The notes: a model not told the origin generated them from the letters alone. A stretch of DNA of 32,000 bases from Candidatus Heimdallarchaeota archaeon B3_Heim (GCA_003144275.1 NJBF01000040.1:723-32722); one strand, 5' to 3'. Positions 7,755 to 16,852 are shown, counted from the stretch's first letter. Program-made: numbers and translations.

Positions 7755-10018
7755 TGATCTCTGAATTCATTAAGAAAATCAAGAATACATCTTATTATAA
7801 AGACCAAATTATATTCCAAAGGAGTATTCCTGAGAAAGACCCCCAATTTGGATCGCTTGCCTTCCAATTAGCTCCAGAACTTGAGCAATGGCTGCGAGAG
7901 AACGAATGGAAGCTTTATTCTCACCAAGCCGATGCCCTGAATATTATAAATAAAGGAAAAAATGTTGTTGTAACCACTTCAACAGCATCGGGTAAAACAT
8001 TAATTTTTTCATTGGCGGTAGCTCAAGCAATCACTCAAAGAGAAAATTCAACAGCATTATTCTTATATCCTATGAAAGCCCTAGCTAATGATCAGCTCAG
8101 TAAAATGGAAGAACTGAACGCAGTGTTGGAGGGGAGACTGCGACCTTTTATTTATGATGGAGACACACCATCCGAAAGACGACCAGCGATTCGAAATACG
8201 GCCCGGGTTATTATCTCAAATCCATATGCCTTCCATCGCTATTTAGACTGGCATTCAAAGTGGGAACGATTTTTTCGAAATCTAAGATTTATAGTTATTG
8301 ATGAGGCACATACCTACCGAGGAGTGTTTGGTTCAAATGTAGCACAACTTATTCGGAGATTACAACGGATCTGTGAATTTTATCGTTCCCAACCACAATT
8401 TATTCTCTCTTCAGCTACAATAAACAATCCAAGAGAATTTGCTGAGAAGCTTATTGGTACTCCTCTTCATATCATCACGAACGATGGTTCTCAGCAAGGT
8501 TCAAAGGAATTAGTTATATGGAACCCTCCCTTTGTCGATCAGTTTAATTCAAAACGAAGATCACCACATCAAGAGACACGTGATTTACTTTTTAGCCATT
8601 TAAGTGAACATTATCAGACGCTTTGCTTCACCCTTTCAAGAAAAATGTCGGAAATCATTGCAGTCTGGGCGCGTCAAGATCTCGAGAAGCACGAATTAGA
8701 TCCTGAACAAGTAATGGCTTATCGAGCAGGGTATCGTCCCCTAGAACGAAGGAGAATTGAGAGCCAATTAAGGAATCGGGAAATATCTGCAGTCGTTAGC
8801 ACAAATGCTCTTGAAGTAGGTATTGATATTGGCAATCTAGATGCAGTGCTTCTAAGTGGATTCCCAGGTACAATAATTTCAACTTGGCAACAAATCGGAC
8901 GTGTCGGTAGAACTACTCGTCCTTCTCTTGCCACTCTAATTCTCTTTGAAGACGCTTATCAGCAGTTCTTAGGGCGTCATCCAGAATATTTCCTAGAGAA
9001 GACCCCTGAGAATGCTATAATTGATTTAAACAATCCATATATCGTAAAAGGACACATTTTGTGTGCAGCTTCAGAACTACCTATTAAAAAAGCTGAAATC
9101 AGCAAAATATGGGGAGAAGTTGGGATGAAAGTTATCAAAGAGTTATTAAATCAGGATGTACTAAAACTAGTTCCTGCAGGTATAGTTCCCAAGTCAATTA
9201 AGCATCCTTCACAACAAGTCAGTTTAAATTCAGCATTTACAGAGTCTATTGAGATTATAGTGAGTGAAAAGTTGTTAGAAACGATGACAACGGCCCAAGC
9301 ATATCGTGAAGCGCATGAGGGAGCGATTTTAATCCATCAAGGGGAGAAATATCTTATTGAGACTATTGATTGGGAGAATAAGAAGGCTTATGCATCTCCC
9401 CATCGGGTTGATTATTATACAGAAGCCATTTCTATAAGTGATGTAGAAATTATTGCCCAAGAAAACGAAAAGGATATTGGGTACTTATTGACCTTTGGTG
9501 AAGTTAAAGTAACTGAGTTCTATCATTCCTACAGAAAAAAAACATACGATGAAGTGCTTGAAATAGTACCATTCGACCTTCCCCCACTGGAATTTAATAC
9601 GAAAGCTGTGTGGATTAATCTTCCTTCATCTATAGTAACTAAAGTAAAAGCGGAGAAGAAAGATTTTTCTGGGGGAATTCATGCATTAGAGCATGCAACG
9701 ATCGCTTTATCTCCCTTATTTGCTCTTTGTGATCGCTGGGATATCGGAGGCACGTCTTACCCTAATTTTCCAGATGATGGAACAGCTAAAATCTTTATTT
9801 ACGATGGATTCCCGGGGGGCATTGGAATTGCAGAACAATTATTCGAAAAGTGGGAAGTCCTCTTATCAAATGTGCTACAGCTAATCCAAGAATGTCCTTG
9901 TAGTGAGGGATGTCCTTCTTGCATTCAATCGCCTAAATGTGGTAATGATAACTTTCCTCTAAGTAAAGAAGTGGCAATTGACCTTTTGAAAGAATTAAAA
10001 TTGCTTTCAAAGAACTGA
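7754..10018 (+). CDS. DEAH-box SF2 helicase with C-terminal DUF1998 Zn-binding domain (MrfA/SftH/Hrq1 family)
   Basis: LYSHQ (Q motif), TSTASGKT, YPMKALANDQ, YDGDTP, IDEAHTYRGVFGS, SSATINNP, YRAGY, STNALEVGIDIG, QQIGRVGR; C-terminal HALEHA, YDGFPGGIG and CPCSEGCPSCIQSPKC. The GTG start overlaps the rad50 TAG. Confidence 0.93.
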   Translation: MISEFIKKIKNTSYYKDQIIFQRSIPEKDPQFGSLAFQLAPELEQWLRENEWKLYSHQADALNIINKGKNVVVTTSTASGKTLIFSLAVAQAITQRENSTALFLYPMKALANDQLSKMEELNAVLEGRLRPFIYDGDTPSERRPAIRNTARVIISNPYAFHRYLDWHSKWERFFRNLRFIVIDEAHTYRGVFGSNVAQLIRRLQRICEFYRSQPQFILSSATINNPREFAEKLIGTPLHIITNDGSQQGSKELVIWNPPFVDQFNSKRRSPHQETRDLLFSHLSEHYQTLCFTLSRKMSEIIAVWARQDLEKHELDPEQVMAYRAGYRPLERRRIESQLRNREISAVVSTNALEVGIDIGNLDAVLLSGFPGTIISTWQQIGRVGRTTRPSLATLILFEDAYQQFLGRHPEYFLEKTPENAIIDLNNPYIVKGHILCAASELPIKKAEISKIWGEVGMKVIKELLNQDVLKLVPAGIVPKSIKHPSQQVSLNSAFTESIEIIVSEKLLETMTTAQAYREAHEGAILIHQGEKYLIETIDWENKKAYASPHRVDYYTEAISISDVEIIAQENEKDIGYLLTFGEVKVTEFYHSYRKKTYDEVLEIVPFDLPPLEFNTKAVWINLPSSIVTKVKAEKKDFSGGIHALEHATIALSPLFALCDRWDIGGTSYPNFPDDGTAKIFIYDGFPGGIGIAEQLFEKWEVLLSNVLQLIQECPCSEGCPSCIQSPKCGNDNFPLSKEVAIDLLKELKLLSKN

Positions 10019-10048
10019 ATGCTTTCAGTAAATGGGGATAGTTCATTT

Positions 10049-10344
10049 TCAGACCAATCGAATCCGAGGATCCAAATAGCCATACAATAGGTCAACAACT
10101 AGATTTGTTAAGACAAAAATCAGAGCAGAAATTATTACAAAACCTTGGATTATCACCATATCTATTGAATTGATTCCATCTGTAGCAAACGTACCTAATC
10201 CTGGCCACTTAAAGACAGTCTCAATCAGTACAGACCCTGTAAGTAATGTGGCTAGAATAATAGATCCAATTTAAATATATTTACTGATGCAAGAACGATT
10301 TGGAACTTCTCTTCAGTTCCAACAGGAATCAAATGGTTCAACAC
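10049..10344 (-). pseudogene. 3' remnant of a DppB/OppB-type peptide ABC transporter permease gene
   Basis: Manual translation of 10270-10049 gives IGSIILATLLTGSVLIETVFKWPGLGTFATDGINSIDMVIIQGFVIISALIFVLTNLVVDLLYGYLDPRIRLV*, the typical DppB C-terminus. There is an in-frame TAA just upstream and no start codon. VLNHLIPVGT (10344-10315, another frame) resembles the preceding LRNALIPVVT motif. Confidence 0.8.
10300..10322. repeat. Perfect 8-bp inverted repeat (possible terminator hairpin between convergent genes)
   Basis: TTGGAACT-tctcttc-AGTTCCAA, 24 nt past the subtilase stop. Confidence 0.5.
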
Positions 10345-10346
10345 AG

Positions 10347-13300
10347 TTATGAGTTGAATGTTTTTCCACAACTACTACAAAACTTTGCTTCTAGAGGCAT
10401 TCGAACGCCACATTGGACACAATATTTGTGCAATGGAATCTGGGGTTTTGGGGTGATTTCTAGGGATTGCTTACGTTGATAAGAGTACGAATAGGGGTCA
10501 TATCGTTTCCGTTCATTTCGACGAATAAAGTATATAATTGCAATCGTAACTCCCAGCGCAAATACGACTGCGAGAATGAGAAGGGGAATATCAATGAAGC
10601 TAGGATTTGATATTTGAAAGAAGATTGGTTCGAGAATTGAATTCCCTTGAGCGTCACGAACATAGAAAAGAAGAAGAAAATATTCCCCCTGAATCTTTAC
10701 TTCTAGATCTTCCTCATCTGGTAAAGGTATAGGGAGATCAGGTACAGTAAATATACCTGTATGCACGCTACTATCTAAAGAGGATGGATTAAGAGTAAAA
10801 CTGTCAAAAACAATTCGATCAGCGGCAAAGAGGTAATAATGGATAAGCTGGTAATAAACTTCAAATTTTACTGAGTTTTCATCGTATAAGCTAAGCGAAA
10901 TCTCTATCTCTTCTGCAGGTTTCCATTTAGGGACATCTTGAAAAGTTAAGATTTGCAGATAATCATCAACAGTACGATCCCCAATAAAGCTCTGAGACCC
11001 TAGAATTACTGGTTCTTCGTCAGGAACATAAAAATAGTCACGATCTGTTTTTATTAACATCGGTTGTTTTTGCTCATTTTCCCACCATACTTGGATTTCA
11101 TAAGTGTAATATCCTGGATGCAATCCTCCTGGAACTAACCAACTCGTCAATTTTAAGGTCGAATTATAATTGTAAAATTTCTCTTCAATCATGTAACTAC
11201 TAGAGAAAATCTCTGAATCCAATGGAGGAATTATAACGTCCAGTGAATCTTCATATTGGCTGGAGATGATAAGAATTGCTGAAATATTGGAACTTGAGGT
11301 ATGCGTTACGGCCACGTCTAACCCCCTATCAAGAAGAAGATCATCTGAATTATCCCACCAAGAGGGAGTAGGTATTTCAAGAGACGTTATAGGGTGGACT
11401 TCAATTTCTTCAACAGTCGGAATTTGAGAAGTAGAGAGAGGTACATCTGACGTAACATTTAATGTTCCGAGAATAACATCCCCCACAAGGTTTATTCTCA
11501 CATGTGTTCCATCAACACCAGCTAACGAAAAGTCAAGATAGGCAAAAGTAAGTGTACCATTATATGGGACATTAATATCATTGATTTGTGATCCATTTTC
11601 GAGTTCGATTGTAAGTGAGAAATTCTGTTCTAAAGATGGGTAAATGGCAACCTCCATTGCCAAAGAATCTGGAGCTACTTGAACATTGAATGTGGTATGA
11701 TTTGGAGATAACCAATCCAAAACATTGGACAGAAAGATCTGTCCTGAGGTACTTCGGAGATAAGATGAATAAATCCACTCTTCACTGCCTAAAAGAAGCA
11801 CCTTTCCCTTCCCCTCTGGCTCCAAACCTGCCAGTACAAGTTGGGTGTCGACTTGAGCATAATGCGCTAGTGACTGGTCAGTTTTATTTCCGTAAAAAGC
11901 AGTTCCCCCCAATCTTGGAAGATTTTCTACTCCAACAAAGAATGGATTGTCACTACTTATATCTAAATCATCTTTTGATAGAAAATATGGTACTGGAATT
12001 CTATCTTGTCCATCATCGATGTATTCAACTAGCTCTGTTCTATCAGAAAGGTTGAGAGGTAGATTCAAGGCACTAATCAATTTTTCATATGGATCGAGAG
12101 TGTAATATGGAAGGAAAGATGTTACTAATAGAATTGAACCATTATTTTTGTGAAAATCGATAATACAGTCAATTTCACGATAAGTAAGGGGATCTTCAAG
12201 ATCGGTTAGGACTAAGATTCCATTTTGGGTGAGATTTGAGCTTAGTATTGGGGAATTATAGTCAATTATATCATATCGAGAACTTTGGAATAGTTGATTC
12301 AAGTAGTGATAATTATAGAAATATGAATCATCTTTTCCAGTATGGTACGTATCCCAATAAATTTTCTCATCAGGTAATTGTACCTCAAATGCTATGGGTA
12401 ATTCAAAGGTCTGATCTTCAAAAGAATAACGAATAAACCCTTGATAGGAGTCTGGGGGAGCATTAAAGGGAATATCGATAGCAAGAACCTTTTCAAAATA
12501 AGTGGCAGAAGATATAATCGTAGGAGAGAGATCAAAATCGATAAATGGAATTAGATCATTACTTACTTCCCATGTAATTGTTCCACCCGTTCCAGTTACA
12601 AAGGGCAGAGTAATTTCAACGTGATCACCAGGAAATGAAACTGGTTGAAAAAACTCTATTTCATTCCCGTTTGCTTCTGGTACTGTGGAAATTAGCTCAT
12701 AACCTGAACTTAGTTTCGAATTTTTTAACATGTCAGCTGCCATCCCTACATTTACCAGTCCACTTCCTTGGGTGTAAATAGATTCACTACCCCCTAGATC
12801 TGAGGCTGATTCCTGTAAGGCTGCACGTATGGCATAAGGAGAAGCATCTGGAAACTGATCCAAAAGCAATGCTACTGCTCCACTTACAACTGGTGCTGCC
12901 ATCGATGTCCCTGACAATACAATATAATCAGAAAGGTAAACATCCACTAATGCATTATAAGCCAAGTCAATTACCCCTCCTGATGCAAGAGGGCCAATGA
13001 TTTGGTATCCTGGAGCCACAATATCTGGATCTGGTCGAAAATCATAGGTAGGTCCTTGACTGGAAAAAGAAACGACATTTTGACTCCCATTTGTCGCACC
13101 TACTGTTAACGCTTTTTTTGCAGAAGCAGGTGTATTAATTGTCATGAAAGGAATAGAACCATCTGCTTCATTCCCTGCAGCCGTTACAACAGTAATACCA
13201 TGACCCACAACAGAATTTACTGCAAGAGCTAGAATATCCTCTGACTCCCAAGGAGCAGTAAGTCCAAATCCTAAAGAAATTGAGATTATATCAACATTTA

Positions 13301-14060
13301 ATTCAACAGCCCTATCTAAAGCGGCAATTACTGCAGAGCTGGAGGCACTCCCAAACATATCAGCCACTTTGAGATTTACTAACTCAGAACCAGTAGCTAC
13401 TCCTGGGAAAGGCCCTCCACCCGCTGCAATCCCCGCAACATGAGTACCATGCCCATGTAGATCAGAAATGTCCTCTTCAGAAGAATATCCATAATCTGAT
13501 GTTACAAATGATTCTTGATATCCGACGTTGACAAAATCTGAGTGTGAAGTATCTAATCCCGAATCTAGTATAGCTATTTTTACACCCGAGCCATCATATC
13601 CAGAAATTGTTAATGGAGATGCATTAATAATATCACTAGGGAGTTCATAATCCTGTTGTATATCTTGAATATACTTCGGGGTTAGTTCCTCTAATGAAGG
13701 TAATACTGTCATCAGTTTTGAGGATTGTACACGAGAGAATATTTGTCCAAAATCATTTTTCAGTATAGATAGATCATTTTGTGATAAAGAAACCTTACCA
13801 ATATGTAAATTTTCAAAGAATTTTAGAGAGGAATTACCATTCTGCTCAAAATGTTCTTTTAAAAGCTCCTTTTCTTCTGGGTGGTATGTAAATAAATAAA
13901 CAGAAGTACTCTCGATATTTGAAGACATATTAACAGAGTTATCCGTTGATATTTGGAGCGTTTCCCCTCCTAAAGCGACCTTCGGAATCGGGAGGATCAT
14001 TAAAAGAATTAAAACTATTTTACTTGCAAGATAAAAGGTTCTATGTTTTGCTAGATTCAA
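10347..14060 (-). CDS. Membrane-anchored S8 subtilase with a class-I-GATase-like domain, C-terminal TM helix and zinc-ribbon tail (site-1 protease-like architecture)
   Basis: Hydrophobic N-terminal signal; catalytic triad ILDSG, HGHGTHVAG and GTSMAAP; oxyanion AAGNE; SSQGP; KIYWDTYH domain; TM IPLLILAVVFALGVTIAIIYFI; CVQCG...AKFCSSCG. TTG start with GAGG upstream. Confidence 0.92.
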   Translation of the reverse strand: MNLAKHRTFYLASKIVLILLMILPIPKVALGGETLQISTDNSVNMSSNIESTSVYLFTYHPEEKELLKEHFEQNGNSSLKFFENLHIGKVSLSQNDLSILKNDFGQIFSRVQSSKLMTVLPSLEELTPKYIQDIQQDYELPSDIINASPLTISGYDGSGVKIAILDSGLDTSHSDFVNVGYQESFVTSDYGYSSEEDISDLHGHGTHVAGIAAGGGPFPGVATGSELVNLKVADMFGSASSSAVIAALDRAVELNVDIISISLGFGLTAPWESEDILALAVNSVVGHGITVVTAAGNEADGSIPFMTINTPASAKKALTVGATNGSQNVVSFSSQGPTYDFRPDPDIVAPGYQIIGPLASGGVIDLAYNALVDVYLSDYIVLSGTSMAAPVVSGAVALLLDQFPDASPYAIRAALQESASDLGGSESIYTQGSGLVNVGMAADMLKNSKLSSGYELISTVPEANGNEIEFFQPVSFPGDHVEITLPFVTGTGGTITWEVSNDLIPFIDFDLSPTIISSATYFEKVLAIDIPFNAPPDSYQGFIRYSFEDQTFELPIAFEVQLPDEKIYWDTYHTGKDDSYFYNYHYLNQLFQSSRYDIIDYNSPILSSNLTQNGILVLTDLEDPLTYREIDCIIDFHKNNGSILLVTSFLPYYTLDPYEKLISALNLPLNLSDRTELVEYIDDGQDRIPVPYFLSKDDLDISSDNPFFVGVENLPRLGGTAFYGNKTDQSLAHYAQVDTQLVLAGLEPEGKGKVLLLGSEEWIYSSYLRSTSGQIFLSNVLDWLSPNHTTFNVQVAPDSLAMEVAIYPSLEQNFSLTIELENGSQINDINVPYNGTLTFAYLDFSLAGVDGTHVRINLVGDVILGTLNVTSDVPLSTSQIPTVEEIEVHPITSLEIPTPSWWDNSDDLLLDRGLDVAVTHTSSSNISAILIISSQYEDSLDVIIPPLDSEIFSSSYMIEEKFYNYNSTLKLTSWLVPGGLHPGYYTYEIQVWWENEQKQPMLIKTDRDYFYVPDEEPVILGSQSFIGDRTVDDYLQILTFQDVPKWKPAEEIEISLSLYDENSVKFEVYYQLIHYYLFAADRIVFDSFTLNPSSLDSSVHTGIFTVPDLPIPLPDEEDLEVKIQGEYFLLLFYVRDAQGNSILEPIFFQISNPSFIDIPLLILAVVFALGVTIAIIYFIRRNERKRYDPYSYSYQRKQSLEITPKPQIPLHKYCVQCGVRMPLEAKFCSSCGKTFNS

Positions 14061-14274
14061 TGGAATATCCTCAACTTCTTTGTAGTGCCCTGTGACCTAT
14101 TAGACTATTACAAATCTCAATAACTGTACAGAGAATCTCTATGTAAAAACGCTTGCTAGAGATTATCTGTAATGAATATTAATAAATAATCAAATCTGCA
14201 AGAAATATCTTTGTGTTTAACTGAGATCACCTAGATCTAGCAAAAGAAATCGAGAGGAAATACTCAGGAAGCCT

Positions 14275-14297
14275 AAAAATAAAAAAGGATCAAAAAA
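14275..14297 (-). terminator. Oligo(T) terminator candidate
   Basis: Minus strand reads TTTTTTGATCCTTTTTTATTTTT just after the stop at 14303. Confidence 0.5.
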
Positions 14298-14302
14298 GGA
14301 CT

Positions 14303-14527
14303 TTATTGGCTAGTTCTGTCTCTTAGTTCTTTCATTCCCTCATGTAGCTGCTTCGCAGCATTCTCTTTTCTACGTTGATATTCTTGGTCAATTTGTATCT
14401 GTCTTTCTCTCTCTTGTCTGACGACTTTCAATTGATCTTCAACGGGAATATCGCTTTTCCTCTGTTTTTGCTCCTCTACTGAACGTTTTAATCTTTTAAC
14501 TATTTCTTGGAAATTTGTATTGCTCAT
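14303..14527 (-). CDS. Small highly charged coiled-coil protein, function unknown
   Basis: 74-aa ORF rich in E/Q/K/R, with its own promoter-like and terminator-like elements. Confidence 0.7.
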   Translation of the reverse strand: MSNTNFQEIVKRLKRSVEEQKQRKSDIPVEDQLKVVRQERERQIQIDQEYQRRKENAAKQLHEGMKELRDRTSQ

Positions 14528-14618
14528 TTTGAGAGGACGTCCAACTTTATGTTCTTCGGAGCCATTTCGTGAGTATTTTATTGTCGTAATTTTCTACCTT
14601 TTCATTAGGATTTCCTTT

Positions 14619-14633
14619 CTTATAAGGCTTATT
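14619..14633 (-). promoter_or_regulatory. BRE/TATA-like promoter candidate
   Basis: Minus strand AATAAGCC-TTATAAG about 90 nt upstream of the ATG at 14527. Confidence 0.4.
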
Positions 14634-14679
14634 GCTTTGACCAGTGTGGGTCTCAAAGAGATTTTCCAATAGAATATCG

Positions 14680-15639
14680 CTATCGTTTGGGAGCTTGGCG
14701 GACTCTTCGTGTTCTTTTCTCTACTAGATTATTTCTATATTCGCCTTTACCCAAAAAAGATTCAGAGGGAATTAACTCACCTGGATAAATGTCCAGAGTT
14801 TTTTCAAAAAGATATTCCTTAAGATTAAAAGGTAATTCCGAAACAATCTCATCTCTAACCTCCTCAGGATCGATACCTATCTTATATATTCGCTTAAAGA
14901 ATTGATTAACATTAATTATATCGGTTTCAAGCATTTTGACTGCTCTATCAATACGAATTCGTACAGGTGTGTTAGTAAATGTCTTAGTGTTATATTCTAT
15001 GGATTGAGAGACGTCCATTGTAAAGAGCTCACCAGAATGTGTTTGAATCATGAGATTATGTTCAGAAAAATCGCCATGGATCATCCGACTTTTTAAAAAG
15101 ATTTGAGCTATTATATCGATTGCCGAAAATAGGATTTCTTCTGGATTGAAAGATAAGAGATTTACATCCCGGATTAGCGGGGCTGGAGTCATTGGTGCAG
15201 AGGGACTTTCGGGGATAAAGTCCATTAAAACAATATTTTGTAACAAACCACGAGGTTTTGGTACAGCGGTGAATTTTGCCATTGCATGTAAATTCCAGTA
15301 CTCTTGTTTCGCTGCAATCACTGCCATATCGCTAGGTAGGAGATGAATTGTTCCTCTAAGTCGTTTTTTGATGGTACTAGTATAATACCGAAATACTTTT
15401 GCACAGATAAGGCCATCCTTCGGATCCTCAGCCAATAAAACTGTCGCTTCTTTTCCCCCTCCTATAACAGAGTAGACCTGTTTTACTTTTTGAGTTTCAA
15501 GGAGCTGGGTTATTGCATCAGCAATACGTACTTCAGCAGGGCTTACTTTGAACTGTCGTTTTTTACGATGTTCCTCACGTCCTGGAGCAATTTTTCCATA
15601 TCTTTCAAATCCAATTCTTTGATTATGATCCGTGCTCAT
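14680..15639 (-). CDS. rio1: RIO1-family atypical Ser/Thr kinase
   Basis: IGGGKEATV, AKVFRY, QEYWNL, PKP, VLMDFI, catalytic loop HGDFSEHN and metal-binding MDVSQS; strong SD AGGAGGT at 15653-15647. Confidence 0.88.
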   Translation of the reverse strand: MSTDHNQRIGFERYGKIAPGREEHRKKRQFKVSPAEVRIADAITQLLETQKVKQVYSVIGGGKEATVLLAEDPKDGLICAKVFRYYTSTIKKRLRGTIHLLPSDMAVIAAKQEYWNLHAMAKFTAVPKPRGLLQNIVLMDFIPESPSAPMTPAPLIRDVNLLSFNPEEILFSAIDIIAQIFLKSRMIHGDFSEHNLMIQTHSGELFTMDVSQSIEYNTKTFTNTPVRIRIDRAVKMLETDIINVNQFFKRIYKIGIDPEEVRDEIVSELPFNLKEYLFEKTLDIYPGELIPSESFLGKGEYRNNLVEKRTRRVRQAPKR

Positions 15640-16049
15640 AGTACAGACCTCCTGGTGAAATAATAACCCATAAATTCTATGATGGCAAACAGGATTATTC
15701 GAAAACGTTTATTTAAAGGCAATTTTTCCTTCAATTTTATTTTTCACCGTAAATTTCTGCTTTTAAACAGTGAGTCGTCATCTTTTCAACTGAATTTAAA
15801 AATATTTCCATCTAATCATCTATATAAGTTAAAGACGGTATATCCACTTATCAGAGATGAAATTACACCTAAATCTGTCAAATTTTGCATATTGAATTCT
15901 CCACGTTCAAAATTTAACCAATTAACTTAATGTATCAAAGGATACCTACTTTTCAAGCCATTTAATCAAAAAAGATCCATCTATCAAGGAAATCTCAAGC
16001 TAACTTTGCAAACAAATTGAATATCCTTGAGAAAAGAGAGATTATTTCC

Positions 16050-16127
16050 TTAACTCACGTTACCCGCGGTTTGTGTGCAAGTAGACTTGACTAAACGGAT
16101 TTTCATTATCATTTTATTTCTTAACAT
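16050..16127 (-). CDS. Candidate 25-aa peptide MLRNKMIMKIRLVKSTCTQTAGNVS
   Basis: GAGGTGA at 16143-16137, 9 nt before the ATG, downstream of a BRE/TATA match. No homology evidence. Confidence 0.25.
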   Translation of the reverse strand: MLRNKMIMKIRLVKSTCTQTAGNVS

Positions 16128-16231
16128 TGCACCAATTCACCTCGGAGTTTTAGTTTTCATAAACAAGACGGAAAAATGGTCTCGTGCATTATAATTGATA
16201 ATTCATGCAAGATGAAAACTCAAATTATGTG

Positions 16232-16246
16232 TTATAAAGTCTTTCG
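16232..16246 (-). promoter_or_regulatory. Canonical-looking archaeal BRE-TATA promoter
   Basis: Minus strand CGAAAGAC-TTTATAA immediately after the pncC stop codon. Confidence 0.55.
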
Positions 16247-16852
16247 TTATGGCAAGTCCATTGCCTTCAGAAAGTCTTCGAGAGCTAGTAATACATTCCA
16301 AGCAATTTCCTGACGCATCAATAAACGGGAAAGTTCCATATTTAGTTCCAACTTAATAGTGGTACTTTTGGTTACCGTGTCAATTGCCAAGAAAACCTCT
16401 CCAGCTCTTTTTTGTGTTCGGCGACTTTTAAAATTTGTAGGTAACATTCCAGTCTCCGCAAGGCCAATCTCAGATTTAGAGTACTGACGAACTTTTTGTG
16501 CAAGAGCATGAGCAGATTGAGGTGATACTGTTCCTGGCCCATCATGGGTTAGCAGATCAGGGGAAAGTCCAAGCTTAATTTTCATTTCCGAGGTGTAAGG
16601 GGTAATCCCAAGAATAAAAAAGTCAGAGGCTCCACTCTTACCTGTTAAGAGATCACTCACTAACCCACACGTAGTCAGTTCAACAGTTGAAATTGTTTTT
16701 TTGGCTTTGATGAATAAAGGGATTACAAATCTTTGGGAATACTGGTGCAACAAAGAATATCCTTCCCCAACAAGCGATTCGTATTCAGCGGTTGAATCTT
16801 CTAAGGAGTGTCTTAATTTATCAAGGAATGTTCCTTTAGTAATTCGTAACAC
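16247..16852 (-). CDS. CinA C-terminal domain / PncC-family NMN deamidase
   Basis: STVELTTCGLVSDLL (variant of AESCTGG), GASDFF, PYTSEMK...LG, GTVSPQSAHALA, IGLAETG and GEVFLA. The GTG start overlaps the upstream gene by 40 nt. Confidence 0.8.
   Translation of the reverse strand: MLRITKGTFLDKLRHSLEDSTAEYESLVGEGYSLLHQYSQRFVIPLFIKAKKTISTVELTTCGLVSDLLTGKSGASDFFILGITPYTSEMKIKLGLSPDLLTHDGPGTVSPQSAHALAQKVRQYSKSEIGLAETGMLPTNFKSRRTQKRAGEVFLAIDTVTKSTTIKLELNMELSRLLMRQEIAWNVLLALEDFLKAMDLP

Noticed and set aside
10271-10314. 44-nt insert as an archaeal bulge-helix-bulge intron
   Set aside because: The central 4-bp helix cannot form well and the host gene is 5'-truncated anyway.
15679-15930. 83-aa plus-strand ORF in the rio1 upstream gap
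   Set aside because: F/N/K/L-rich composition typical of AT-rich non-coding DNA, no motif, and it overlaps the expected rio1 upstream regulatory region on the opposite strand.
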